DNA of 63,995 nt, the filler included, from Welwitschia mirabilis (lineage: Eukaryota): NCBI GenBank assembly GCA_051453625.1. It is 5 parts of one record of this genome, joined end to end, with 100 filler letters (N's around TTAATTAATTAA, not from the genome) between each part and the next. Parts side by side here need not be neighbours in the genome. Positions count along the whole stretch, not along the records: positions 1 to 20,143 come from JBOZIK010000001.1; 4 more parts are not named here. One strand, 5' to 3'. Shown piece after piece: positions 1 to 12,970 of this stretch (positions within the stretch are counted from its first letter, which is position 1; each line of letters starts with the position of its first letter). A program made the position numbers and the translations under genes. The notes under the pieces are model-generated. The model was not told where the DNA came from and made no database searches. It was given only the letters and a program-made list of their open reading frames with translations.

Positions 1-1290
1 AAAGTGGCTCTTCTAACTAGAATATTTAGAAAATTTCTTCATAGGAAGAAAAAGGGGAAAAAATCAGCAGAACTGCAAAAAGAAGTCATTTGAAATGTAG
101 AAGGAAATAAGAAAAGGGTAAAGAGATCAAATGCTACTCATGTAAAGAATTTGATCATATGGCAAATGAGTGCCCTAACACAAGGAGAGAGAACAAGAAA
201 TTAAAAAATCCCTTATTCATTGCTACATGAGACAATGAAGATCATGATGATAATAAAAGCTACTCAGATCAAGAATTAGATAGAGATAGAAGATTGTCCT
301 TTATAGCTTTTATTCTATTACTCAAAGATGCTCCTAGTACAATAGAGATTGATGATTTGGATATGATAAATGAAGAAGAGGATGATTTAGAAGACACATT
401 TCAGGAGTTGTATGAGGAATGTGAAAAGCTAGCAAAGAGGATAAATGATTTAAACAGAATAGTGAAAGCTATCATCAAAGAAAAGGAGGAATCAGACGAG
501 AAATATAATGTGCTAAAATATGATAATATCAACCTAATTTCTCAAGTAAAAGATCTTTTTTTTTTATAAATAAATTCTTTGGTAGCTCCTCTAAATTAAA
601 ACACATGCTTGGAGTATGAAAACCTATTGGAGATAGATTAGGTATTAGCTTTAGTTCACAAAAATCTTAAGAATAGGTAAACTGGAAGAGTAAGTATGCT
701 TCTAAATATTTATGTAATTTTTATTGTAAATTTGATTATTCAAAGTTCTTTTGCAAAATTAGATAATTAATGATTTTCTCAAAAATTGCAAATACCTTAC
801 CTTTTAAATTTATTCCTAAGAGAAGTAAATCACCTAAGTATAATAAGACTAAGTGGGTTAAAGCTAACAATCTTCAAAGTTTTCTAACTTAGATAGCTCT
901 AAGAGGACCAAGTACAAAAAGTTGATATCTAGACAGTGGTTGCTCAAGGAAGATATCAGGAGAAAAATTTAACTTTCAATACCTGAGGAGTACAAATAAA
1001 GGAGAAGTTATTTTTGGAAATAACTTAAAGAAAAAAAATAGAAGGTATAGGATGCATCAAGGAAGGTAAGTTATCTAAACTTGATGATGAGCTTTATGTA
1101 AATAGATTGAAATATAAATTATTAAGCATGAGTCAATTATGTAACAAAGGTTATAAAGTAATTTTGAAAAATTAAAATGCGAAATTATAGATGAAAAAAA
1201 TAAATGTTTCTATCTTTTCTGCAAAACAAGTAGGTAATAATTATAAAATAGATACTAAATTAATCGATCAGTTATTTCATGTAAACTATG
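1..1290 (+). pseudogene. Sirevirus-like Ty1/copia gag C-terminus and aspartic protease (5' end off-window; pol stops after PR)
   Basis: Zinc knuckle CYSCKEFDHMANEC at 132-173; coiled-coil ORF 294-569; protease motif (W>stop)YLDSGCSRKISG from 923; GLKYKLLSMSQLC-like motif at ~1105-1143; many stops; collinear with 22360-23700. Confidence 0.9.
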
Positions 1291-1778
1291 ATATTAGTCT
1301 AAATATTTCTAAAACTAAATATTTTTTAGAGAATTCTTATGTAACACCCATGTCTATAGTTAATTATTAATTATAAAAATGAACTGGAGGTTTACTCACC
1401 ATCCTTTATCTGATTATAAGGTAGTCAACTAGATCTATGATTTTGTTAATTAGATGTGGTCGATCGACTGTCCTGAAAGTTCAATCACCTAAACATCTTC
1501 CAATACTATAGAACCTCATCTCAACGGGTCAACTAGAATCTTAAGTGGTCAACTGGACCTAATGGATCATAGTATGGAAGTACCATAAGTGGATTCAATT
1601 TCTTTTTTCATTTTAAATTATTTCATATAGCCTATAAAAGAAAGAAAACCCTAAATTGATTTCATTGTGTTCTACCCCTTTCCATCTCTTAGATCTAGTG
1701 CTTTTTTTTTCAATATCTATAACTTTGCTTCCAGATCTAGTGTTTTTATTTAAATCTTCTTACTTGCAAGTCCTTGAA

Positions 1779-2190
1779 ATGGCTAAAAGCTCATCTAGGA
1801 AAAGAGTGAAGAAAGTTCCTTCAAGGGATCCAGCTATTTCCTACCAGGGAATGTCAGATGAAGATATTAACAAGTTTTAAAAGAAGTTTGAGAAGAAACC
1901 AGCATGCTAAGAGCAGTCAGTAGCTACTTTAGAGCTTAGAGAGCTCAGGGAAGTTATTCAACTCCTCAGAAATCAAGATCTTGATCACTTTTTGGATGTT
2001 TCTGGTTCTACTTATTATTTTCTCACTTGGATGTTTTACTGTAATGCTTTTTATGATCGTAATTCTAGAACCCTTAAAACCCTCATTTTGGGGAAGTAGA
2101 TAAGAGTAATAGCTAATCTTATTTCTAAGCTAACTGACCTTCTAAGGAGTAACTATGAAGAGTTTTGGCCTCTTTGGGACACCATGGAAG
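1779..2190 (+). pseudogene. Env-like/extra ORF of Sirevirus-like element, 5' part (runs into gap)
   Basis: MAKSSSRKRV...YQGMSDEDINKF...FLTWMFYCNA; homologous to the ORF starting at 34875 (GMSEEDINYF...RIFYAND); preceded by degenerate GTCGACCAG motifs as at 34580-34690. Confidence 0.7.
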
Positions 2191-2290
2191 NNNNNNNNNN
2201 NNNNNNNNNNNNNNNNNNNNNNNNNNNNNNNNNNNNNNNNNNNNNNNNNNNNNNNNNNNNNNNNNNNNNNNNNNNNNNNNNNNNNNNNNN

Positions 2291-4700
2291 ATTCATATGA
2301 ATTTAGTAGGCCCTACTCAAACTTGAAGTTTTGGTGGAAAACATTACTTTCTTACCATAGTTGATGATTTCTCTAGATATACTTAGGTAGCCTTCTTGTC
2401 AAAAAAATCTGAAGCTTATAAAAATTGGATTGAAATTTGCAACAAGATTCAAAATCAAAAAGAGTATACCATAAAAAAAATAAGAAGTGATCATGGTGGT
2501 GAATTTGAAAATTATTTTTTTGAGAAATATTGCATTAAAAATAGAATTGATCATTAGTTTTCAGCCCTAAGAACATCATAACAAAATGGTATAGTTAAAA
2601 GAAAGAATATAATCCTTCAAGAAATGGCACGAAGTATGCTAAATGATAAGGAAGTTCTTAAATCTTTTTGGGCTAAGGTAGTTAGCACAACATGCTACAT
2701 TATTAATGAGTATATCTTAAACTGGGTACTGATAAAATACCATATGAGTTGGAAAGGAATAAAATCAAATATGTCATACTTTAAAGTCTTCAAAAGTAAA
2801 TGCTATGTACTAAAAGATAGAGAGCATTTAAGCAAATTAGAGTCAAAGGCAGATGAAGCTATCTTTCTGGGTTATTCAATGAGAAGTAGAGCCTATTGTA
2901 TTTTTCAACAAAAGAATCTTTACAGTAGAAGAATCAATAAATGTGTAAATTGATGAGATTGACATAAGATCATATGATACAGATGAGGAGGAAACCATGA
3001 ATACAACAATTTCTATAACTAATGAAGGTTCTATTGAAAGAAATGAAGTTCCAATGAAAGAAGGCACACCAAAAAAGCTCAAACTTCTTAAAGATAATTC
3101 TTTAGAATCCATTATTAGAGAAGTTAATTTAAAAATAAATACAAGAGGTTCCATGAAAAATTTGTGTGCTCACATTTGTTATATCTCAAAAAGAGAACCC
3201 AAGAATTTGAAGAAGTAGAAATTCATGAGGAATGAATGATGACAATGTAAGATGAGCTAAAATAATTAAAAAGAAATGATGTTTGAAAGATAATAGAAAG
3301 GCCAGAAAATAAGAATGTCATTGGAAATGGATCTTTAAAAATAAATGTGATGAAGAAAATAATGTCATTAAAAACAAGGAAAAGTTAGTAGCTCAAGGCT
3401 ATAATTCAATAGAAGGCATTGGTGTAGGAGATACATTTACTTCTATTGCAAGGTTGGATAGCATTAGAATGTTTTTGTTCTTTGTAGCTTTTAAGAATTT
3501 TAAAGTATATCAAATAGATATAGAAAGTGCTTTTCTAAGTGAAACATTAATTAAAGAAGTCTATGTAGAATAACCACAAGGTTTTATTGATCCTCATAAA
3601 ATTGATAATGTATATAGACTTAAGAAAACCTTATATGAATTAAAACAAGTACCAAGAGATGAGTATGAGAAGCTAGCTACATTTTTAATAAAAATGGATA
3701 TAATCAAGGAACTATAGACAAAAACCTATTTGTGAAGAATCTGAAAAAGGATTTAATTATTATACAGATTTATATAGATGATATTAAATTTGATACCTCA
3801 AATGAAATGCTATCAAAATAATTTGCAAATATCATGACAAAATAATTTGAATTGAGTATGCTTGATGAAGTTAATATGTTTCTTAGACTTTAGATCAAGC
3901 AATCTAAAGATGGAATATTTATCTCTCAATCCAAATATGCAAGAGATTTAATCAAAAGATTTGGATTAGAAAATACAAAATCAATTGACACTCCTATGTC
4001 TACTTCATGTAAACTAAGTTTGGATGAAAATGGTAAACTAGTGGATCAAAAACTTTATAGAAGTATGATTGGTAGTTTATTATATTTAATCACAAGTAGA
4101 TTGGATGTCATGTTTAGTATTGAAATATATGAAAGTTATCAATCCCAACCAAAAGAATCACATCTTTAAGCAACAAAAAGAATAATCAAGTATGTAAAGG
4201 ATACATGTGATTATGGCTTATGATATCCCACCGAGACATCTTTTGAACTTGCAAGTTTTAATGATGCAAATTGGGCTGGATGCAAAGATGATAGAAAAAG
4301 CATAAGTAGAAATTGCTTTCTTCTAGGGTCATGTCTAGTAGGATGAGCAAGCAAGAAATAAAAATCTATTTCTCTCTCTACTGTAGAAGCCAAATATATT
4401 GTAGCAGGTAGTTGTTGCACTCACCTTTTATGGATGAAAGAAATGTTAAAAGATTTTGATGTTAATTTTGAGCAAGTTCCTATTTTCTATGATAACATAA
4501 GTGCTATTAATATATCAAAAAGTCAAGTTCAAGACTCAAGAATAAAGCATATTGAGCTAAGACATCATTTCCTATAAGACTAAGTTGAAAAAGACACATC
4601 TCTATGAATTTTATGCAGACCAGTAATTAGCAGATATTTTTACTAAAACTCTAAATTTTGATACTTTTTTTCATCTCAAAAATGAATTTGAGGTTCTCTC
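2291..4700 (+). pseudogene. pol: Ty1/copia pol: integrase, reverse transcriptase, RNase H
   Basis: IN motifs IVDDFSRYT, IRSDHGGEFEN, QNGIVKRKN, EMARSML; RT KLVAQGY and YIDD at 3771-3782; RH DANWAGCKDDRKS, STVEAKY, ADIFTK at 4630-4647; IN-RT-RH order is copia; many stops and frameshifts. Confidence 0.95.
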
Positions 4701-4894
4701 GCCATCCTATGGCTGATTACAGGATGGTCAACCAAATTCTTTATTTAATCAACCAGATGAGGTCGGTCGACCATTTTAATACTCAGTCATCTGGATAGTC
4801 TAGGTTCTGTACCTATCTAAGCAAAAGTTCAGAATGGAAATTTGTTATCTAATTTTGTTTTATTGATAATCATTTTCATTTATCCTTTGTTATT

Positions 4895-5437
4895 GATGTT
4901 AAAAGGGGGAGAATTAGTTATATATTGATTGCTTTTTATGATTTTAGTTGTATGCTCTTGATGAACACTTCTAGTTTGTAATGCTTGCACTTCTACTTTG
5001 TAATGTTTTCTTATGTCTAATGAAATGCACTTATCTATTTTTTACAGAATTGTGTTTTATTTGGTATCTTAAATCTATTTGTGTCTTTTCAAATCATATA
5101 GGCTAAATATGTTTTTATTTTAATATCCTAACTACTTAACTTGAAAAGTTTAAAGTCTTTTAGCATTGGAAATAAATTATAATTTATGACATCAAATTTA
5201 TATTAAATAAGTATACATGATCACATTATGCTTATTATAAAGTCATGCTTTTTAAACTTTTAAATATGCATATTAAATTGTTTTATTTAAAGCAAAAAAT
5301 TTATTTGTTCAAAATACTTTCACTTGTTTCAAAAGAAATATTATTTTGGAAATAGGCATTTTATAAGGGGGATCTTTTTTAAAAGTTCAATTTTTTTCAA
5401 CTAAGTATTATTTGCTATCAATGCCAAAGGGGGATAT
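4895..5437 (+). promoter_or_regulatory. Multiple polypurine tracts upstream of the 3' LTR (Sirevirus hallmark)
   Basis: AAAAGGGGGAGAA at 4901, TAAGGGGGAT at ~5364, CCAAAGGGGGATAT at 5424-5437 abutting the LTR. Confidence 0.8.
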
Positions 5438-7008
5438 TATTGGAGTATGTTTTACTAATTAATGTTAAACTAATGTTTTTTATATAGTAAATTTTGTGTA
5501 CCTTATGAGGAAGATATTAAAATACCTGTAAGTTGAAAGATGGAACTAAAATTATCAACGTTTGAGTATTAAAAACCTATTAGTTTACTTACCCTTAAGA
5601 TGGAGTCAATAGCATCTAAAGCAGATAGAACTGCATCTAGAGGGGTCGACCAAATTTTTCATAGGGTTGACTGGACCTATAACCTCAAGAAATAATATCC
5701 CTAAACTAAATGGCAAGGTGTTAATCAAACCTTTATGAAGTCCACTAGATTTGAGGACCTAATAAATAATATCCCTAGACTGAATGATAAGGGGTTAACT
5801 AGACCTATGCTAGGATTGACTGGACCTGAGTACCATGCAATTGGTATGCTTGAACTAATCATCATGGAGTTGACTAGATACTTGAAGGGATTAACTAGAC
5901 TTAATGTAAAAAATTGGAATGTAATTTTATTATAGAAGCAGGCGATTGAATAATTAGCAAGCACTAGACTAGGTTTGACCAAATCCAGATGGGGTTGACT
6001 AAATAAGAATCCATAAGAAATTAGAACGACTAAATTTCTCACCATATTTTTGTGGGTTTTCATTGGATGAAATAGAAGTTAAATTTTTCTAAACATTATG
6101 TATTCATTACGTAGTCATTAGATAGCCATTTTCTAGATTTTTATAGCTGTTGGAAGGGAATTTCAAATGTAATAAATCCTAAAAGCCTTCTAATATAAAT
6201 AGGTAAGAGATAGATGACCAAAGAATCTTTTGGAACCATTTTCATTTAGAAAAATCAATTGGATTTGAAGGATTAAGCATTGTATTTGGATAACTTTTAC
6301 TATTATATCTTAGCATCTATATTTCTGACCAAAGAAGATCTACTATTGGTATCTTCTCTACATTCAAGAGTGGATCAATAGTTTTATTTGTTTTACTTCT
6401 ATAAGAGAAGAGATCCATCAATATTACTTACTTAAGAACAAGTGATATCCATGCTGTAAAGGCATCATTACATTACTACCTTACTTTGTGAAAGGTCAAG
6501 ACTAATCCTTGAAAAGTCCATTCTAAAGGTTAAGATTAAGCCTTGAAAAATCCATTCTAAAGGTTGAGACTAAGCCTAAAAAGTTTGTTCTAAAGGTTAA
6601 GACTAATCCTTAAAAATTCTATTCTAAAGGTTAAGACTCAGACTGGAAAAGTCCATTTGTATAAGTTACAAGTAAACTTGGAATACCTGGTGGAGTAACA
6701 AAGATCCAAGATCTAGCTTGGAGATAAGCTGATCATCAAGAGTGGAGTAGAGGGTTTCTTGAACCACTACAAATCTATCTTATATCAAATTGATATTTTT
6801 TTGATTTCAGTTTTTATTTCTTTACTTCCATTATTTTCTCATACTATGCACATTTTAGATTAGTACATTATTTTATGCAAGTCTTATTTCAGATCAGATT
6901 CATTTAGAATATTATATTGGAATTTACTTTAAGAATATATTCATCCCTCCTCCATTCCCCCCCTCCCCCCTTCCCTGCTCCAACCCCTCAGGGTTTCTGA
7001 TCCTATCA
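5438..7008 (+). mobile_element. Sirevirus-like 3' LTR
   Basis: Starts TATTG (decayed TGTTG) after the PPT; repeated GGGGTCGACCAG-like motifs 5600-6030; TATAAATAG at ~6194; C-rich tract then TCCTATCA end; homologous to 20244-21553. Confidence 0.88.
6491..6660 (+). repeat. Five tandem ~34-bp units within the LTR
   Basis: Unit AAAGGTTAAGACTAAGCCTTGAAAAGTCCATTCT, head to tail with no spacers. Confidence 0.9.
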
Positions 7009-8369
7009 AAATTGCTAAACCAAAATACTACTATAGAAAAATTAAAGTTTCTACTATTTAATTTTATTGTAAAAATGTAAATTAAATGCAGTGATGGAAA
7101 TTAAACTTCATGCAATGCAAATTTGAAATAAGCTCCATTAGAGGGAGGAATTTTATTTTGCCACCAAGTAAGTGTTTATGAACATTACTTTGATGAATCC
7201 TTATATAAAATAATTATTCAATGTTAAATTGGTATAAGATTTAGGTCTGTGTGGCATGCTAAAAAAGCATGATAAATGAATGCCTAGGATACCATGGGAA
7301 AAGAGTTAAATTGGTGTTTTATTTTATTTCTCTACATAAATTTTAATTTTAGAGAAATGTTGTCATCTATTCTAAATAAATAACAAATCTATCTAAAGAA
7401 AATGAGAATGATATCAACTACAAATGATGGATTTTTAAGGTTTTCTATCACTCTGTGAAGATGTAGAAATGAACGCAACTTGCATTTGCATTATAGTTGC
7501 ATTTGTATGATAGTTGCATGTTTAACCTATGTTTACATTTATGTTGTATTACATGTATAATTTAAGCATTATGAAAGTAATAACACTAAAAGAGTCCTTT
7601 CTAAACACTTGTAAATAGATTATGTAAGATAAATAAATATGGAACTTGTCATGGATGTTTTAACTACTTGTTTTCTTATGTAAAAATGGATTAAAATGTA
7701 ATTTTTTGATGGTTATTTTGTAAATATAAGCTTCATATCTTTTAGGATAAAACCAAGGTTTTTTTAATTAGAAACTTACTCCATTTTATCATTTTTAGAT
7801 AATTTAAATTGCCATTGTTATTTGGTGCACTGATAATGTAAAACAAGCTAGTATGGTTACATACATCCTAAGGCCTAGCTTTCCTTAGTAAAATCTCAAA
7901 TAGATATAGTTTTAAATCTATGTATAATATTGATTATTAATCTTGAATATCACGTTCATATTAATAAATTCATTATTTTTATGCTTTAAGTATAAAAATG
8001 TGGATGTCACATTTTTAAATCAAAGCACCATTTTAGTTTTTAGATATGAAAGATGGACTTTACAAGAGCAACATATGAAATTTTTATTTGCGAAAGATGG
8101 ATTTCACATTTCATTATAAGGGTAAGTAAAAGTAATTTGGCTATAGATTTTTCGACCTTACATTTTGGTATTAGATCAATGTTTAAAGTCTTTAATTGTA
8201 AAATTATAGATTTTAAATTTTGGTATCATAACAACATTTGTATTTTTTTGGTGTAAAACGTGGATTTTACTTTTTGATATTAAATCAAGTTAAATTTTTT
8301 GGATTAGAAAGTGGGTTTCACACTTAACAAATAAGCGTAACGAATATTTCATAAATAGTGTTAAATATG

Positions 8370-8575
8370 ATGAATTTGGTCTTATAACATTTATAAAATA
8401 AAGGGTGAAGAAGGAAGTAATCTTAACAAAGCACACATTTATTGATGAACAAGTAGCTGACATATTAATAAAGAAGCTACCAATTTTTAAACTAAAACAT
8501 TTATTTTTAATGATGATCTTGATTCTAGTTGAATAAAATATTTTTGATTACATCATCTCAAAGGAGAGATTAAAA
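8370..8575 (+). pseudogene. Copia RNase H C-terminal remnant with PPT
   Basis: HFIK...KHTFIDEQVADILIKKLP (QLADIFTK-like), followed by purine tract AAAGGAGAGA at ~8560. Confidence 0.6.
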
Positions 8576-9699
8576 TAATTTAGGGTCTAATGAGTCATAA
8601 TTATTTTAAATTTATTATTGTTCTTAGGTATGCTAATTATATAAATAGTCTTTTATCTTTATTTTGTATCATGTAATGGGATTTACCCTTATTTATAAGA
8701 TGGATTAACATGCCAATAACTTTACTTATAAAAGGATATAATAGACTAATATTAATATTGATGAAAATAGATTAAAGTAGCTTGAAACCTCTCAAAATAA
8801 ATAAATGAAATATTACTAGTTTTGAGACTTAATTCTTTATACTTCATTTGTGCTTTCAAGATTCATGCATGCTTAATTTTAGCTACAATCTAATACATGA
8901 TTTAATATGTCTACTATTTTATGCATATTTATGCCTTATTTTGCATTATATGATCAAATGTTTTATAGTTAAAGGAATATCAGATTAGGTATATTGAAGA
9001 CCTTTTGATTGTGTTAAAATGAGATCTATGAAATTTAATCAATATTTATAGTCTTTGAGGCCTCAAGGTTGCATTTAAGAACTCAAAGGTATTATTTGAT
9101 ATTTGATCAAACAGATGAAAAGGTTTTTGTTATTTTGGAGAAAGTTCACAAATAAGGATAAATTTCTTAATTTAAAACAATTTATGAAGAGTTTCCAAGA
9201 TTTTAAATGCATAGAGAGGCATCTTAACTAAAGGATTTTGACATTAGAAAGGTTTTTTTATGCCATATTAAATCTCTCATTTTAGGCACTCATAATATAG
9301 ATGTCTTTAACATCATAAACATGTAAAATCACTTGAAAATTTTATTTTACAAAAAGGCATCTTCAAAAAATCAAAGACATGTTCTATAAATTCATAAGCT
9401 TTTAGCAAATATTTTTATTACATGAAGATGTCTACATAGTATGAAGACATATTAGAAATACAAATATGTCTACTACAAAGTTCAAAGGTTTTAGTAAATA
9501 CATCTTTAACCTTCAAAGATGTTGCTAACTATTCATATGTTATTAGACTTCAAAGACATCAATTGTGCATTAAAAACAAAGTAATAGATCATTAAGATTT
9601 AATTAATAAACTATTAAAAATGAATACTAAAGTAAATCAACATATAAATTCAAGAAAACCCTTGTTTCATAAGTTAAATAATAATTTCTAAATAGTGAT

Positions 9700-12600
9700 C
9701 AGGATTAACTATAACAATTCATAACTAGTATTGGGTATTGAAATATTATTGATGAAATCTTTAGATAGATCAATTATATTTAGTAAAAGATGTTTTATAC
9801 ATTATTAAACCAAAATAACATATTGTTTTAACTAAGTCCATTGGTTTAAAAACTATTTATGTATTAATAACAATAAAATATAGAACTTTATATCTCATAG
9901 CTCATATAAAAGAAAAGATGACATATTTGAATAATAGAATATTAAGAAATTAATAAGGAAGAGATTACTCAAGAATTGAAGAATTGATATTCTAGTATAT
10001 TATACTAAAAATCATTTTTTAATAAAGCTTTCAAAATAAATCTTTAGCATGCTAAACTTATAAATGATCTATTAAATAAAATATCTTAACTAAGGGAGTT
10101 TTTAAAGATTTAAAGGTAAACAATCTAAAATGTAAGAAATGCATTCTAAATAAGCTAAAAAGACATTCATTTAATAAGAGAAATTAAAATTCATAAGAAA
10201 TTTTAAACTAGTTTATTCTAATGTTTATGGAATAATGCTAATTGAAACATTGAAACATAACTATTATCTTTCCTTGTTATATTCTTAATTTTATAGATGT
10301 TTATTTCAAGAAAGTATCAATTCATTATTTTCAATATAATTTCAAGTATATGAGTATTTTTAATATTTGAGTATTGAAGTTGAAAATGACTCTATCTTTA
10401 AAACTAAGACTTCACATATCAATAAGGTAGGACATATGTCTTAAAGAAATTTAAGTAATTCCCAAAGATAAAAGAAATATGTCATCAAATAGTAGTTTTA
10501 GATATACCATAAAAAAATCATATCATGAAGCAAATAAATCATACACTTCTTAATATGANNNNNNNNNNTAAGTACTTATGATATCAATAACTAACCTACT
10601 CATTGATGGAAAGAGGCATTGAACATAAGTACTAAAATGTTAAGTAGTTCATGAGCCAGAATAGAAAACCATATAAAAGGTTATGAACAAAATGTTCAGA
10701 AGTGTAAAATTCTTTTAAGTGTTTAGATTATGTTATTATTTATTCATGTTATTATAAAATTACAATAAGATTTAACTACATTCCTAGCCAAGCATATCCA
10801 TTAAGTATGAGCGTGCCACTATTACTAAAAAAATATAGTTATCTCCAGGATTCTCATATGTGTGTATATGTATGTGTGTATACTATTGAATTTTATGATG
10901 TGAATCTAGGTTAAAACTAAATGTTATATAGTGTTTCTATTGAATAGTGATAAAACATTCCTTTTCACAACATAATATTTGAAAAATGTAAAAAGATATC
11001 ATTACTTTTCATATGAAAGTGAAGACTCATTACATAAAGAATAAAAATGGGACATATGTTTATCATTTTGCATATACTAGTGATTATTCTACATAAATTC
11101 TAATCTTATAGAAAGGGAATAACCATCGAAATGTAATGACTTAAGAGTGACTAACATAAGATATGTATTAATAGATTCACTAACTACTTAAACATGAACT
11201 TACATAATGGTAGAATTCTTAACAACAAGAGTACTAAGTGCATAAAATTTCTTTAAGTTTACATACTAAATAGGAGGTTTCTAATGAATAACATTTATAA
11301 GACAACCTAAAAGTAATTATTCCTAATCATACCTTTATAGATCAAGAACATCATTGATCATGCTAGATTTTAAAGGATTTAAGACCACATGAAGCAACAA
11401 AATTAAATGCTCATAAAAAAATTTCAATTCATTAGGTAAGGAAGGATTAAGAAACTAATGTTAATGATAATCCTCCATAAATTTATCTTATTTATAGTAG
11501 AGAACTAATGACATTCAAGAAAATATTAAATTATTTAGAGTAGTAACATGAAATTATCATGAAATATTAGTATTTAATATAAAAAGACACTTAGAATCTA
11601 GTACCATTACCAATAGAAAAAAAAGTGATAATAAACACATGGATATTCCAAAATAAGTACAATTTTAATGAAAAATTTAATAATCATAAGGAAAAATTGG
11701 TTTTAAAAGGATTTATTAGAAGAATGAAATTAATCACATAGAAGTATTTATATCAATAGTGGAATCATAGGCCATGTAAGCCTTGGTTGCATTAGTAGTA
11801 GAAAATATTTACATGAGTTAACTTAAGTGATTAAATGTAAAATGATAAAAGTAAAAGATGTGCAAAGTGATGAAGTCATTATATGGTTTAAAGCATGCAC
11901 CACATACATGATATAATAAGATAAGTGATATCTTAGTAAAGATGACATTTTAGATGTTGGAATACTAGGGTATTAATACAACATTATTTATCAAACTCAT
12001 AAAAGGTAAGGGAAAATGTCCTTTTGACTTTGTAGATGATATGCTAATCATAAAAAAGATGAAAAGATGATTATCAAAATGATGAAATATATTGGAAAGG
12101 AATTTGAAATCATATATTTGAGACTAATGAAGTCCTCCCCTAGTATAAAAGTTGCTTAAGAAAATAATTAAATTTTCTTAGATTAATTAAAGTACATTGG
12201 TAATATGTTTGAAAAATTTCACATGATGAAGTTAAAAATAATATTAACACCAATATAATAGAATCTAAAATTAGCCATTAATCAAAAATCGATAGTAAAT
12301 GAATCCTATCATTCAAAATTATTTGAGTTCTAACATAAATCATTTATACTAGGCCTAACACATCACACATAGTTAGGATGTGAGTGAGATATATGACTAA
12401 ACCAAAACATTAGAATGAATCTATTAGAGTTTTAAAGTATGTGAAAGAAACTTTAGTCTTCTATTTTATAAGATGATAGTTTAAAATAGATCTTTCTTAA
12501 ATTTAAACTTTAAAGCTTTTTGGAATAGATAAAATTCTATGATAAGGTACTTAAAATTCTTGGGATCTTCACTAATCTATTAGAGATTTAAGTAATAGAA

Positions 12601-12970
12601 TATTATAAAACACTCATTATCAAAATTAGAATATGTAAGAACATATGAAATGCGAAAGAAGGTAATCTATATAACAAAGTTATTAGAGGTTCTAGACATT
12701 TTTAAAAAAGGATCTACAAAGTTATATGTTTATAATTCATATGAAATTCACACGAAACATTTCCAGTTCTTCTTGATAAAATGAAGTACACTATAATTAA
12801 AGTCCATATAATATAAGAAATAGTTTTAAATTTTTTGGAAATAGTTTTAAATTTTTTGGAGATATGAAGTACACTATAATTAGTAGATTAGACTATAGAT
12901 ATTCTAATAAAGTCACTTGATAGAATTAAGTTCTAATAGTTTAAATATTAGTTGGAAGTTAACAGTATTA
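9700..12970 (+). mobile_element. Extremely degenerate Ty1/copia pol (IN-RT-RH), non-Sirevirus
   Basis: LVYSNVYG (HSDVCG-like) ~10208; LYGLKHAP at ~11879; FVDDML at ~12029; YTRPNITHIVRM ~12346; IDILIKSL (ADILTKSL-like) ~12895. Confidence 0.8.

Noticed and set aside
6491..6660. CRISPR-like 34-bp repeats
   Set aside because: Units abut with no spacers, lie inside a retrotransposon LTR, and no cas genes are present.
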